Notes under the pieces: generated by a model
Database searches by the model: none
What the model was told of the DNA's origin: nothing
What the model saw: only the letters and a program-made list of their open reading frames with translations
Origin: an uncultured delta proteobacterium
GTDB taxonomy: Bacteria; Desulfobacterota; Syntrophia; Syntrophales; UBA5619
Assembly (NCBI GenBank): GCA_963817385.1
Contig: CAWFOM010000010.1
Location: 352,001 to 416,000, forward strand
Direction of reading: 5' to 3'
DNA: 64,000 bases
Position numbers and translations under genes: made by a program
Shown: one piece after another, positions 1-10,085 of the stretch
Position numbering within the stretch: position 1 is the stretch's first letter
Layout: each line of letters starts with the position of its first letter

Positions 1-2
1 GG

Positions 3-1178
3 ATGGCGGCCCTCGCGTCGTTCATCGCGGGGACCTTTGCGGTCCTGATGCTGACCTTCATCGCGCCCATGCTGGCCAATTATGCGGTTTCATTCGGGCC
101 GCCGGAGTATTTCACCCTGACCTTCATGGGCCTCACGATGGTGACCTCACTGGGGGGCGACTCGCCGCTCAAGGGGATCATCAGCGGGGTTTTGGGGTTG
201 ATCGTCGCCTGCGTCGGGATCGACGCGATCAGCGGCGTCGCCCGGTTCACCTTCGACAGCATGTACCTCCTCGACGGCGTCGGGTTCATCGGGATGGCGG
301 TGGGGCTCTTTGCCGCCTCGGAGGTCCTGGTGAACATCGAGGCGCCGATGCAGCAGATCTTCACGGAGGCGAAGCTGAACTTCCTGAGCCTCTTTCCGAA
401 CCTCCAGGACTGGAAGGATTCATTCGGGGCGATCTGGCGAGGATCGATCATCGGCTTTTTCGTGGGGGTCCTCCCCGGGGCGGGGGCAACGATCGCCTCG
501 TTCATGGCCTACGCGGTCGAAAAGAGGATGAGCAAGCACCCGGAGAAGTTCGGGACTGGGGTCATCGAGGGGGTGGCGGCGCCGGAGGGGGCGAACAACT
601 CGGCGGCGGGCGGCGCGATGGTGCCGCTCCTGACACTGGGGATCCCCGGATCGGGGACGACGGCGGTCATGCTGGGGGCGCTGATGATTCACGGGCTCAG
701 ACCCGGGCCGCTCCTCTTTTCGACGCATCCCGACTTCGTCTGGGGGCTGATCGCCAGCATGTACATCGGCAACGTCATGCTTATCATCCAGAACATGCCG
801 ATGATCGGCCTGTGGGTGCGGCTGCTGAAGGTCCCCTACTCGGTCCTGATGCCGCTGATCATCACGATCTCGGCGGTCGGCGTCTTCGCGACGGACAACA
901 ACGTCTTCGACATGTGGGTGATGTTTGTCTTCGGCGTAATCGGCTATGTGATGCGGAAGCTCGATTATCCGCCGGCGCCGATGGTCCTGGCCTTGGTCCT
1001 GGGGCCGATGGTGGAGATGTCGCTGCGCCAGTCGCTCACCATCTCGCACGGGAGCATGGCGATCTTCTTCACCCGCCCCATCTCGGGTACGCTGGCGATC
1101 TTCGCTCTCCTCTCCCTCTTCGCCCCCCTCTTCCGGATCCTCTGGATCAGGTACAAGGCGGGAAGGGCGGCGGCGTAG
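3..1178 (+). CDS. tctA: Tripartite tricarboxylate transporter large permease (TctA family), 5' truncated by the window edge
   Basis: Very hydrophobic; family motifs GVLPGAGATIASF, GVAAPEGANN, PLLTLGIPGS, PGPLLF. Confidence 0.93.
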   Translation: MAALASFIAGTFAVLMLTFIAPMLANYAVSFGPPEYFTLTFMGLTMVTSLGGDSPLKGIISGVLGLIVACVGIDAISGVARFTFDSMYLLDGVGFIGMAVGLFAASEVLVNIEAPMQQIFTEAKLNFLSLFPNLQDWKDSFGAIWRGSIIGFFVGVLPGAGATIASFMAYAVEKRMSKHPEKFGTGVIEGVAAPEGANNSAAGGAMVPLLTLGIPGSGTTAVMLGALMIHGLRPGPLLFSTHPDFVWGLIASMYIGNVMLIIQNMPMIGLWVRLLKVPYSVLMPLIITISAVGVFATDNNVFDMWVMFVFGVIGYVMRKLDYPPAPMVLALVLGPMVEMSLRQSLTISHGSMAIFFTRPISGTLAIFALLSLFAPLFRILWIRYKAGRAAA

Positions 1179-1245
1179 ACAACAAGCCGGATGGCGAGAG
1201 CGTTTTTTAGATTATGCCCCATAAATGATCGATGAGGAGTTGTTG

Positions 1246-1782
1246 ATGAAAGTAATCGGAGTTCATATGGAGCGCTGCACGGGTTGCAAGACCTGTGAGC
1301 TGTACTGCGGAGCGGAGCGGGGGAGCGAGGGAAAGACGCTGCTTGCGGCGGTCCGGGAGACCCCGGCGCCCCAGCCGCGGGTGCGGGTCGAGGGGGGGCG
1401 GGACGCCTGTTTTCCCCTGCAGTGCCGCCACTGCCTGCAGGCGCCGTGCCTCGACGCCTGCCTCACCGGGGCGCTGATCCGTGATCCCGCAAGCGGGATG
1501 GTGATCATCCGGGAGGATCTCTGTATCGGGTGCTGGACCTGTACGGCCTTCTGCCCCTACGGGGTGATCAGCCCCTCCCCGGAGCGGAAGATCGCGATCA
1601 AGTGCGACCGGTGCCTGTACATGGAGAAGCCGGTCTGCGTCGACGTCTGTCCGACGAAGGCGCTGGAGGTGGTCGAGATCGAGGCTCTCGAAGAGCTGCT
1701 CCGGGAGAAGCGGCGCAAAACCGCGCACGGGATGGCGGCGGCCGGGGGCGTTGGGTTGAGCCTTCTGGACCTGGGAAGATAA
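1246..1782 (+). CDS. 4Fe-4S dicluster electron-transfer protein (CooF/HydN-like)
   Basis: Four Cys groups CTGCKTCELYC, CRHCLQAPCLDAC, CIGCWTCTAFCP, KCDRC...CVDVCP; GAGGAG RBS before ATG 1246. Confidence 0.88.
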   Translation: MKVIGVHMERCTGCKTCELYCGAERGSEGKTLLAAVRETPAPQPRVRVEGGRDACFPLQCRHCLQAPCLDACLTGALIRDPASGMVIIREDLCIGCWTCTAFCPYGVISPSPERKIAIKCDRCLYMEKPVCVDVCPTKALEVVEIEALEELLREKRRKTAHGMAAAGGVGLSLLDLGR

Positions 1783-1826
1783 ACGAGCATACATAAAATC
1801 GAATAGTCGGGGAGTTAAAGAAGCTT

Positions 1827-3279
1827 ATGGAAACAATTCATTTCAAGACGGTGGACCCGGTGAGCCAGGATCTGCTCCGCGGGGCGTCTCAGAAGGGGCT
1901 TTCTCTCAACTGGGAGAGGTATGAAAAACAGCAGCCGCAGGACGGTTTTCTGCGCCTGGGGCTCTCGTGCCCGTACGGGTGCATGCAGGGACCCTGCCGG
2001 ATCGATCCGTACGGACGGGGAGCGGACCGGGGGATCTGCGGGCTGGACCGGGACGCGATGGCCGCGGCGTTCCTGCTTCGCCTGACCCTCCAGGGGGTGC
2101 TGGAGACGATGCACGCCTATCCGGCGGGTGACGCGGGGAGATCGCCTGGCCGGCGCCGCTCGACAAACCGGCTGCGGCGGCCCTGGCGGCAGCCGGCGGG
2201 GGGCCTCGTCTCCACCGGGGAGATAGCGGCGAGCGCGGTCATGCTGGCGCGACCTTCGGCGACCCCGGAGGAGCTGGTCCGTCAGGCCGTCCGGCTGGGT
2301 CTTCTCGGGATCGGCATCGCGGAAGCGGGCAGGAAATCGGGACAATCCTCCGGGTCCCGGGGATGCCGGGTCGGTTACGGCCTCCTCGCCGGAGAGGCGA
2401 TCACGATCGGCCTGGCCGGGCGGGTTCCGGCGGCGCAGGTTGAGGCGCTCCTGAAGGCCGGCGGGAAGAAGCCGGACGTGCGGCTGGTATCGCTCGGGGA
2501 GTGGCTCCCCGCCGGGGAGGGGTTTCTTCCCATCGTCTGCACGTCGGGCGAGGCGGAGACCGTCCTGAGCTCGGGGAAGATTAACCTCCTTCTGGTGGGT
2601 CCCCAGTGCGATCCGGGCATCCCGGCCCTCTGCGCACGGATGAAGGTGCCGGTTCTCATGAGCTCCGACAACCCCGCTGCGGCGGCGGTTCTCAAGCAGG
2701 CCCGGGCGGCGTTCGAAGGCCGGGGTCCCTCCTCCTTCTCCCCCGATGCAGCCCTGATCGGGGAAGGACGCGTGAGCATCGGCGAGCGCGAGATCCAGGC
2801 GGCCCTGAAGGACGGCCCTTCGGCGAAGATCGCCCTGATCGGCGGCGCGGACACCCTCCTGCAGTCTCTCGGCCACCTTCCCGTGGAGCTGGCCAAGGCG
2901 CTCCGCGGCGAGGCGCTTGCGGTCGCCTCCTGGGGCGATGCCGCCCTCTGGATGCTCAAAGCAGGAGCTTCCCGTCGGGATCCTGGAGGCGGAGGAAGGG
3001 CCGATGACCGCGGTCAGGACACTGGCGAAGGCCGGAAAGCTTTCGGCAATCAAGGGGATCTGCTTCACGGGTCTCAGGGACTGCCGGGAGTTCACGCGGG
3101 CCCTGGGGCTCGCCGCACTCGGGCTGAAGGTTTCTCTCGCCGTGCCCGTTCCCCTCTGGGGGAGCGAGAAGGTCCGCACGGCGCTTCGGGAGAGCCTGGC
3201 GGCCGCGGGCGGGATCCTGGCCCATTTTGACCACCCGGCCCAGGGGGAAGAGCTCCTGGAGTGGTTCCTCCGGGCGTGA
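1827..3279 (+). CDS. Degenerate Ni-CODH (CooS/prismane-fold) homologue; frameshift near 2960 and a probable compensating indel pair at about 2135-2200
   Basis: N-terminus matches CooS (WERYEKQQPQ...CMQGPCRIDPYG...RGICG). C-terminus in the second frame matches the CooS tail (VPVPLWGSEKV...GG). Most D- and C-cluster ligands are absent. Confidence 0.8.
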
Positions 3280-3302
3280 TGGAAAGGATGAGGAGCATCT
3301 CC

Positions 3303-4554
3303 ATGCAATGTATCATCGTTGGCGGCGGCGTCGCCGGTTTTCAGGCCGCCGCGACCTGCCGGGCGATATGGCCCGAGCGGGCCGTGACCCTGATCGACGC
3401 CGAGAGTGAATGCGGATATTACCGGACGCTCCTGCCCCAGTTCATGGTGGGGGCGCTCCCGGAAGAGAAGCTCTTCTTCCGGCGGGAGGGGAATGACCCG
3501 CTCCTGAAAGTACGAACCGGCGTCCGGGTGAAGAAGCTGGATCGCAGCGGCTCCCGGCTCATTTTGGCCGATGGGGAGGAGATCCCCTACGACCGCCTGA
3601 TCCTCGCCCACGGCGGGGATCCGTACCTGCCCGGCATCCTCGCCGGTCCGCCCGCGAAGGGGATCTTTCCCGTCCGCGACCTGACGACGGCGCGGGCGGC
3701 GAAGGCGTGGCTTGCCGATCACCGGCAGGTGATCGTCTTCGGCGGCTCGCTCGTCGGGGTAAAGACGGCGGTTCATCTGCGGCAGGCGGGGTTCGACGTC
3801 TCGCTTATCGTCAGGCGGGGCCATATTCTCCTGCGCGCCCTCTCTCCGGAAGCGGCTCAGGTCGTCGAGGCGCATCTCGAAGGATTTGGGGGTTCGCCTG
3901 GTTGTCGATGCGCCCCTGGAGGATATCCGCATCGAGCAGGGGGCGATCGCGGCCCTCAAGGCGGGGGGTCAGTGGATCGCCTGCGACACCCTGCTCGTGG
4001 CGGCCGGAACCGCGCCCGACACGGCGTTTCTGGAGGGGACGGGCCTTCTGACGGAGGGTGAGCTCGTCGTCTCCCCGGCGCTGCAGACGGCCGATCCGCG
4101 GATCTTCGCCGCGGGCGATGTGGCCGTGATAGCCGGCGCGGCCGGGGAGAAGATCAGCCCGAACACCTGGCCGCAGGCCGTCTCGCAGGGGAGGACGGCG
4201 GCGGAGAATCTCTACCGGAAGACGCCCCTGCCCCATCGCGACCGGACACGGATCAATGCGATGGAGCTCCATGGTCTGGCCATGGTCATCCTCGGCCCCC
4301 CGGTTGACGGGGCGGAGGTGATCTCGTATGCGAGACCCGAGGAGCGTGTCCGGCGCGAGCTCTTCCTCAGGGGAGGAAAGCCGGTGGGAGGCGCGCTGAT
4401 CGGCGACATCTCGGCCGCCGGAACGCTCCGCGCCCTGATCAATGCCGGGCGGGAGATCACCCCCGGGGACGCCGCGCTCCTCAAGCCCCTGACGAGGAGC
4501 GTCATCCGTTTTCCCGAACACGCGGGCCGCAGGCAGGCCCTGATTCTTTCCTAA
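3303..4554 (+). CDS. FAD-dependent NAD(P)H oxidoreductase (NirB-N/CoA-disulfide reductase-like); frameshift near 3884
   Basis: IIVGGGVAG, YDRLILAHG, second Rossmann VFGGSLVG, TADPRIFAAGDVA; the two frames join after one extra base is removed. Confidence 0.85.
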
Positions 4555-4569
4555 CATGAGGTTACGTCT

Positions 4570-5295
4570 ATGATGATTCTTGAAGAGAAATGTGTGGGCT
4601 GCGGCCGTTGCCAGCCCTACTGTCCCACCGCCGCGATCAGATATGACGGGCTGAAAAGCGCAATCGACCAGGATGTCTGCTATGAATGCAGCACCTGCCT
4701 GCGCGCCGCGCACTGCCCGGTCGACGCCATCGCGGAATCGCCCAATGTGTACGACTACCCCCGGGCGCTGCGCCGCTATTTCAGCGATCCCAGTGCGACG
4801 CACGCGGCCACCGGCATCCAGGGCCGCGGAACCGAGGAGTCCAAGACGAACGATGTCACCCTCCGCGTCGGTCCCGGCGAGGTCGGCGTCGCCATCGAGA
4901 TCGGCCGGCCCACACTCGGGATGTCGATTCTGGACATCCAGAAGATCTCCCGGGCGATCGCCCGCGCCGGCGTCCACAAGATCGAGGCGCACAACCCGAT
5001 CCACTCCATGATCGCCGACGAGGCGACGGGGGATCTCAAGCCGGAGATGCTCGGGGAACGGGTGCTCTCGGCGATCATCGAGATCAAGGTGAAGCGGGAT
5101 CAGCTCCGCGGCATCCTCCGGACACTCAAGGAGGTCGCCAAGGAGGTGGACAGCGTCTTCTGCATCGACGCCTGCACCATCGTCGAGCCGGGGCTCACGA
5201 TCCCGGAGGAGGTCCTGGAGAGCATCCGGGCGGAGGGGTTAACCTGGCGGCCGAACGCCAAGATCAACATGGGCCTCGGACGGGCCTGGGAATAA
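4570..5295 (+). CDS. 2x[4Fe-4S] ferredoxin-domain protein with an uncharacterised C-terminal domain
   Basis: CVGCGRCQPYCP and CYECSTCLRAAHCP; motif GRGTEESKTNDVT; GAGG RBS. Confidence 0.85.
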   Translation: MMILEEKCVGCGRCQPYCPTAAIRYDGLKSAIDQDVCYECSTCLRAAHCPVDAIAESPNVYDYPRALRRYFSDPSATHAATGIQGRGTEESKTNDVTLRVGPGEVGVAIEIGRPTLGMSILDIQKISRAIARAGVHKIEAHNPIHSMIADEATGDLKPEMLGERVLSAIIEIKVKRDQLRGILRTLKEVAKEVDSVFCIDACTIVEPGLTIPEEVLESIRAEGLTWRPNAKINMGLGRAWE

Positions 5296-5305
5296 GGATA
5301 CAATC

Positions 5306-5957
5306 ATGACTCACAGTTTGCACAGGGAAGGCAGCCGGGAATCGCTGGAGAAGGACTATGTCCTGTTCATCTACCCGGCGAGGGGATTCAACTACAAGGG
5401 GAGCGCCCCGAAGGTTCGTCATATGGTCGAGCTGCTCTATCAGGCCGGTCCGGTCAACATGATCCCGACGTCACTTGCGCCGCAACATGTACAGCGGGGT
5501 GACGAACGAGGAGATCCTCGACAGCATTACCGTCGAGGGGACGCGCGTCTACTCCGTCTTCAACGACCGGGAGAAGCTCAAGAAGGCGGTGATCTTGCTC
5601 AAGGAGGCGAACGAGGGGATCTCCGTCATGGTCAGCGGGCTCACCGACCGCGTCCGGGAGCTCGCCGCGGAGTGCGGCATCACCCCCCACATGATCAACC
5701 TGTCGCTCGGCATCCACGGGCGGACGGACCGCCTGCCGCCGGCGGACATCCGGGAGTTCACGACGATGTGCGGCCACGGCGTCGTCTCGCCCTACCTGGT
5801 CAAGGATATGATCCGCCGGGTCAAGACGGGCAAGGTCAGCGAATGGGACGGAAGCGTGCTCCTCGCGGAGCCCTGCACGTGCGGCATCTACAACCCGTGC
5901 CGTTCGGCGGAACTGCTCCGGGAAAAATCGCCTCTCTACACGATCGACCGCTTGTAG
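5306..5957 (+). CDS. Conserved hypothetical protein with TMCGHG and CxCG motifs; frameshift near 5474
   Basis: ORF 5306 frame joins ORF 5475..5957 after one extra base is removed; AAGGA RBS; 10 bp after the previous gene. Confidence 0.75.
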
Positions 5958-5973
5958 CGGCGGGAGGATCCGG

Positions 5974-6863
5974 ATGAAGCTGGGATTTATCGGTTTCGGG
6001 GGCGCGGGCTACGGCCTGGCCAAAGGGCTCAAACAGGCGGGGCTCGAAGAGCTCCATTTCCACGACCGCATGCAGGAGACGCCGCCCTACGCGGAGGTGA
6101 TCGAACGGCACGCCGCCGAGACGGGCGCAGTCCGGGCGTCTAACCGTCCGTGAGCTTCTCGACCGCGTGGAGGTCGTGATCTCCTGCGTCACGGGTGCGA
6201 TGGCGATCGAAGTGGCGCGTGAGGCGGCGCCCTTCCTCAGGGCCGGCCACCTCTACGCGGATGTCAATACCGCATCGCCGCACGTCAAGGAGACCGTTGC
6301 CGGGATCGTCGAGACGGCAGGGGGGCTCTTTGCCGACGCGGCGATGATGGGGGCGATTCCGGCCTTCCTCCACCGGGTGCCGATCCTCGCCTCGGGATCC
6401 GGAGCCGCGCGCTTCCTGGAATTGATGCAGCCGTACGGGATGAACATCCGGGTGATCGGCGAGAAGCCAGGCCAGGCCTCCGCCATCAAGATGTTCCGCA
6501 GCATCTTCATGAAGGGTCTCCTCTCACTTTTTCTCGAGATGCTGACCGCGACACACCGCTACGGCGTCGATGAGATGGTCCTTGCGTCCATCGCCGAGTC
6601 GCTGGACGGGACGCCCTTCCGGGAGACCGCGCGGCGTGCAGATGACCAAGGGGACCGTCAACGCAGAGCGGATGGCCCACGAGATGGAGGAGGTGATCGC
6701 CACACTGGAGGAACTCGGCGTCCCTGCGGAGATGTCCCGGGCTTCCCGGGAAAAGCTCCTTTGGTGCGCTGGCTTCGGTCTGCGCGAGCGCTTCGGCGGC
6801 GAGCTGCCGTCCACCCTCGCGGAGGTCCTCGGGGAGCTCGAACGAACACCGGCTAACAAATAA
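5974..6863 (+). CDS. NAD(P)-dependent oxidoreductase, 6PGD/3-hydroxyisobutyrate dehydrogenase-like with DUF1932-type C-terminus; frameshifts near 6142 and 6635
   Basis: ATG 5974 reads MKLGFIGFGGAGYGLAKGL (not in the ORF track); YADVNTASP, ASAIKMFRSIFMKG, HEMEEVIATLEELG; GGGAGG RBS. Confidence 0.82.
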
Positions 6864-6921
6864 GGTCCGCATGAGACAGGCCATGCCAGCCCGGCCTTTT
6901 TCCAAAATCATTGGTGAGTTA

Positions 6922-7010
6922 ACAGGAGTCTTGCAAAACACCCTGTTTGCAGGCTGTTCAAACATGGTTCAGATGCAAGGCGCGCAAAAACCGAAGAGTG
7001 AGGTGTATAT
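6922..7010. repeat. Possible truncated intergenic MITE-like repeat
   Basis: CAGGCTGTTCAAA...TTCAGATGCAAGGCGC...GAGTGAGGTGTA resembles, from recall only, a repeat common in Desulfobacterota; single copy in this window. Confidence 0.35.
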
Positions 7011-7752
7011 ATGCAGGTTGATGCGCTCACGATCATGGTTCTCGCCATCCTTTTCGTCTCGACGCTGGTCCGCGCCGTCTTCGGTTTCGGAAACGCCCTG
7101 ATTGCTATGCCGCTCCTGGCCATGACCTCGATCGGCATGAAAACGGCATCGCCGCTTGTCGCCCTGATCGCAACTCTCCTGTCGCTCATGATTCTCTGGA
7201 AGGACTGGCGGATTATCGATTTCAAGTGCACCTGGAGGCTTCTGGCCGCCACCCTGCCGGGGACCCCCCTCGGACTCCTCCTCCTCAAGGGTCCTTATGA
7301 AAACACGGGCAAGATCATCCTCGCCCTCATCATCATCGGGTTTTCCCTTTACAGCCTATTCAGACCGCGGCTCATTGCGCTCACGCGCGAATGGACCGCA
7401 TATCCCTTCGGCTTTCTCGCCGGCATCCTGGGCGGCGCCTACAACTCCAACGGCCCTCCCATCGTGATCTACGGAACCATCCGCAGATGGCCGCCGGACT
7501 GCTTCCGGGCGAACCTCCAGGGCTACTTTTTCCCGGCAAATCTCATCATCATCACGGGGCATGGTCTGGGCGGTCTCTGGACACCAGCGGTCGGATGGTA
7601 TTTTCTCCTCGCACTGCCGGCGATCCTGCTTGTCCATGTGGGTCGGAAACCGCCTCAACCGCATAATCCCCCCGGGACATTTCGAGCGATATATCCACAT
7701 CCTCCTGATCCTGATCGGCGCTTTGCTCCTCATCCAGACAATTACGGCCTGA
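7011..7752 (+). CDS. Sulfite exporter TauE/SafE (TSUP) family protein; frameshift near 7632
   Basis: Hydrophobic; GFGNALIAMPLL and GILGGAYNSNGPP motifs; C-terminus in ORF 7561..7752. Confidence 0.85.
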
Positions 7753-7765
7753 AGCCCTCGGCGAC

Positions 7766-8644
7766 CTACCTCCCTTCTCTCCCGCCCGGAGCGTCTCCCG
7801 GCATGAGAGTCGTCACGGATGCGGCCGCCTCGCCATTTTCCGCCGCACGGGGGTTCACGGCGCCCTCCCCGGGCGGCGGCTCTCCCCCTGCTCCTCCCTG
7901 ATCCGTGCCGGCAGAGGCGGGTTCGTTCATCATCTCCTCAAAATCGGGGATGACGATCCCGCGCCGGACCATGATGCGGTAGATCGCTTCCGCCCTCTTC
8001 TCCACATAACTGCCTCCGCCGACGGGACGGTACCTAAGCGGGCTGGGCAGGACTACGGCCAGGAGTGCCGCCTCTCGTGCCGTCAGGTCGGCGGCGCTTT
8101 TCCCGAAGTAGTGTCGTGCGGCGGCTGCGATCCCGAAGATGCCGTCCCCCCACTCGGCAACGTTCAGGTAGATCTCGATGATCCGCCTCTTGGAAAGATT
8201 CCTCTCCAGACGCCATGTCAGAATCGCCTCCTTGAGCTTCCGAACCGGACTCCTCGAAGGAGTCAAATAGAGGTTCTTCACAAGCTGCTGGCTGATCGTG
8301 CTTCCCCCTGCCTGGAATTTTCGCTTCTTGAGGTCCTTCTCGAGGGCCTTCTGGATCGCTTCGAAATCGAACCCTTCATGGACCCAAAACTTGTCATCCT
8401 CGGCGATGATGACCGCTTTGAGAACATAGGGGGAAATTCTCGCAAGCGGCACCCACTCCTGGAGGATCCTCTTGCGAATCCCTTCCCGCTGCCACTGCCG
8501 TTCCCGGTACTCCATGAAGGCGGTTTTTGTCGGTCGCTCCTGCTTGAGCCGGGAGACGTTCGGATGGACGAGATAAACGACGATCGGCGATATAAAAACG
8601 ACCGAGATCAGGATGACGATAAAAGCTGCCCATCTCTTTCCCAT
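7766..8644 (-). CDS. mtgA: Monofunctional peptidoglycan transglycosylase
   Basis: N-terminal TM helix; GT51 motifs EDDKF, GGSTISQQLVKNL, RKLKE, IYLNVAEWG. Confidence 0.93.
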   Translation of the reverse strand: MGKRWAAFIVILISVVFISPIVVYLVHPNVSRLKQERPTKTAFMEYRERQWQREGIRKRILQEWVPLARISPYVLKAVIIAEDDKFWVHEGFDFEAIQKALEKDLKKRKFQAGGSTISQQLVKNLYLTPSRSPVRKLKEAILTWRLERNLSKRRIIEIYLNVAEWGDGIFGIAAAARHYFGKSAADLTAREAALLAVVLPSPLRYRPVGGGSYVEKRAEAIYRIMVRRGIVIPDFEEMMNEPASAGTDQGGAGGEPPPGEGAVNPRAAENGEAAASVTTLMPGDAPGGREGR

Positions 8645-8944
8645 ATTTTCAAACCCCTGCGCTGATATCCGACCGGACCGGACATCACGGAACCATACCC
8701 TATTTTTTATCCGTTGGAAAGGAGAGGTGGAAATCACCCTTGAGCATACGCTTCAGGATGAAGACGATCTTCTCGCTGCAGCAAATTAATGATACTTCTC
8801 CGAGGATCGCTGTCGGTGAGCCGATTATGGTGGAAAATACTGATCATTTCCAGTATGAACATGCCAAGCGGGCAGTGAGCGGTCACGAGGATATCGGACC
8901 TCAAAATCGACGGTCCCCGATGCCACTTTTCCTTTTTCGTCAGG

Positions 8945-9139
8945 TTACCGCTGGTGATCCGCCGGATCTATCGGTCGTTTTGCCTTATTGATCTGTTTAA
9001 GAACCTCGTCCAAATCAAACCGCCAGGACCTTCCGATCTTGAAACCCGGCAATTTCCCCTCTGCGGCAAGCTTGCATACCGTCTCTTGCGTGATGCGAAG
9101 AAACTCCGCTAATTCTTTTGGCTTCACGATTTTCGTCAT
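8945..9139 (-). CDS. Excisionase-family helix-turn-helix DNA-binding protein
   Basis: KELAEFLRI...KLAAEGKLPGFKIGRSWRF pattern; GGAGG RBS. Confidence 0.85.
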   Translation of the reverse strand: MTKIVKPKELAEFLRITQETVCKLAAEGKLPGFKIGRSWRFDLDEVLKQINKAKRPIDPADHQR

Positions 9140-9315
9140 CAATGTGCCTCCGTTATTCACTGTTCCCCTGCTTTACCGATTGCTCTCCGCAATGCGATCA
9201 AGGTCCCTCTGCTCCGCCATGCACAGCATGAAAACCGGCGTCTGCGAAAAATCCTGAATCCATCCACTTCGAGGGGGTCACCCGAATGGGGGAAACACTT
9301 CCCTCGGACCGTTAT

Positions 9316-9831
9316 TCAGTTTATGCCGGATATCGTTTCCGTCTCGGCTCCGCCCATCACCCGGTCGATGTCGAGGAGGATCTTGACTCCCTGCCCCAAT
9401 TTTGCCATGCCGAGGATATACTCCGTGTCGAGTTTCGACCCGAAATCTGGCGTGGCCTCGACGTCCGCGGCGTGTATATTCAGCACTTCCGAAACGGAAT
9501 CGACGACGATACCCATGAACACCTTTCCGGCGCCAAGTGCGATTTCAACAACAATAATGCACGTCCTTTCGGTGTAGGCCATCGTTTCAATTCCAAACTT
9601 GAGCCGAAGGTCGACGACAGGGATCACCTTGCCGCGCAGGTTGATGACCCCTTTGATCTGTCCCGGCGCCCTCGGCACCGCCGTGATCGGCATCATCCCG
9701 ATGATCTCCTTCACCTTAAGGATCCCGATGCCGTACTCCTCTCCCGCCAGAGAGAAGGTCAGATATTTCCCTTCGTGATGCGCTCCGGTCTTGGCGGCCT
9801 GCTCTGTGATATCCATCGTATCTGCTCCCAT
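9316..9831 (-). CDS. cheW: Chemotaxis coupling protein CheW
   Basis: YLTFSLAGEEYGIGILKVKEII, GVINLRGKVIPVVDLR, GIVVDSVSEV. Confidence 0.95.
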   Translation of the reverse strand: MGADTMDITEQAAKTGAHHEGKYLTFSLAGEEYGIGILKVKEIIGMMPITAVPRAPGQIKGVINLRGKVIPVVDLRLKFGIETMAYTERTCIIVVEIALGAGKVFMGIVVDSVSEVLNIHAADVEATPDFGSKLDTEYILGMAKLGQGVKILLDIDRVMGGAETETISGIN

Positions 9832-9940
9832 TTACCTCAATCTCCCGTTTGATAATCCCGGCTTCTCTCCCCTGAACAATGCCGGTCGGCGCGGAAAGAA
9901 CGGAGGGGGTGTAACCCTCCCCACACGGACCGCGTCGATG

Positions 9941-10006
9941 TTAAAAGTCCTTGAAATCGCGCGTCTCCAGAGGGATGACCAGATACAACTTCGTTGACAC
10001 CTCCAT
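9941..10006 (-). pseudogene. 21-codon relic (or micro-ORF) matching a methyl-accepting chemotaxis protein C-terminus: MEVSTKLYLVIPLETRDFKDF
   Basis: Ends VIPLE..DFKDF*, an xFxxF pentapeptide-type MCP tail; lies directly upstream of cheW. Confidence 0.55.
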
Positions 10007-10085
10007 GGTTTACTTTTTTTCAATTATTAGGTCTTCGAACTCTTTCGCTGATTCGAAGATATTTCCTGCCATGCAGTGCAGATTG

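Noticed and set aside
1827..3279. Calling this gene a functional CO dehydrogenase (cooS)
   Set aside because: D-cluster and most C-cluster ligands are missing, so no gene symbol was given
1815..3959. 714 aa minus-strand ORF and many other long antisense or alternate-frame ORFs (e.g. 3811..5004, 19783..21108, 41227..42666, 60636..61754)
   Set aside because: Shadow ORFs of real genes in GC-rich DNA; Arg/Pro/Gly-rich with no recognisable motifs
6150..6153. TGA after the N-terminus of the DUF1932 dehydrogenase as a possible selenocysteine codon
   Set aside because: The protein continues in a different frame; a one-base insertion near 6142 explains it
8945..9139. Excisionase-like gene as a sign of a prophage or integrative element
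   Set aside because: No integrase, att-like repeat or phage genes nearby; such HTH proteins are often stand-alone regulators
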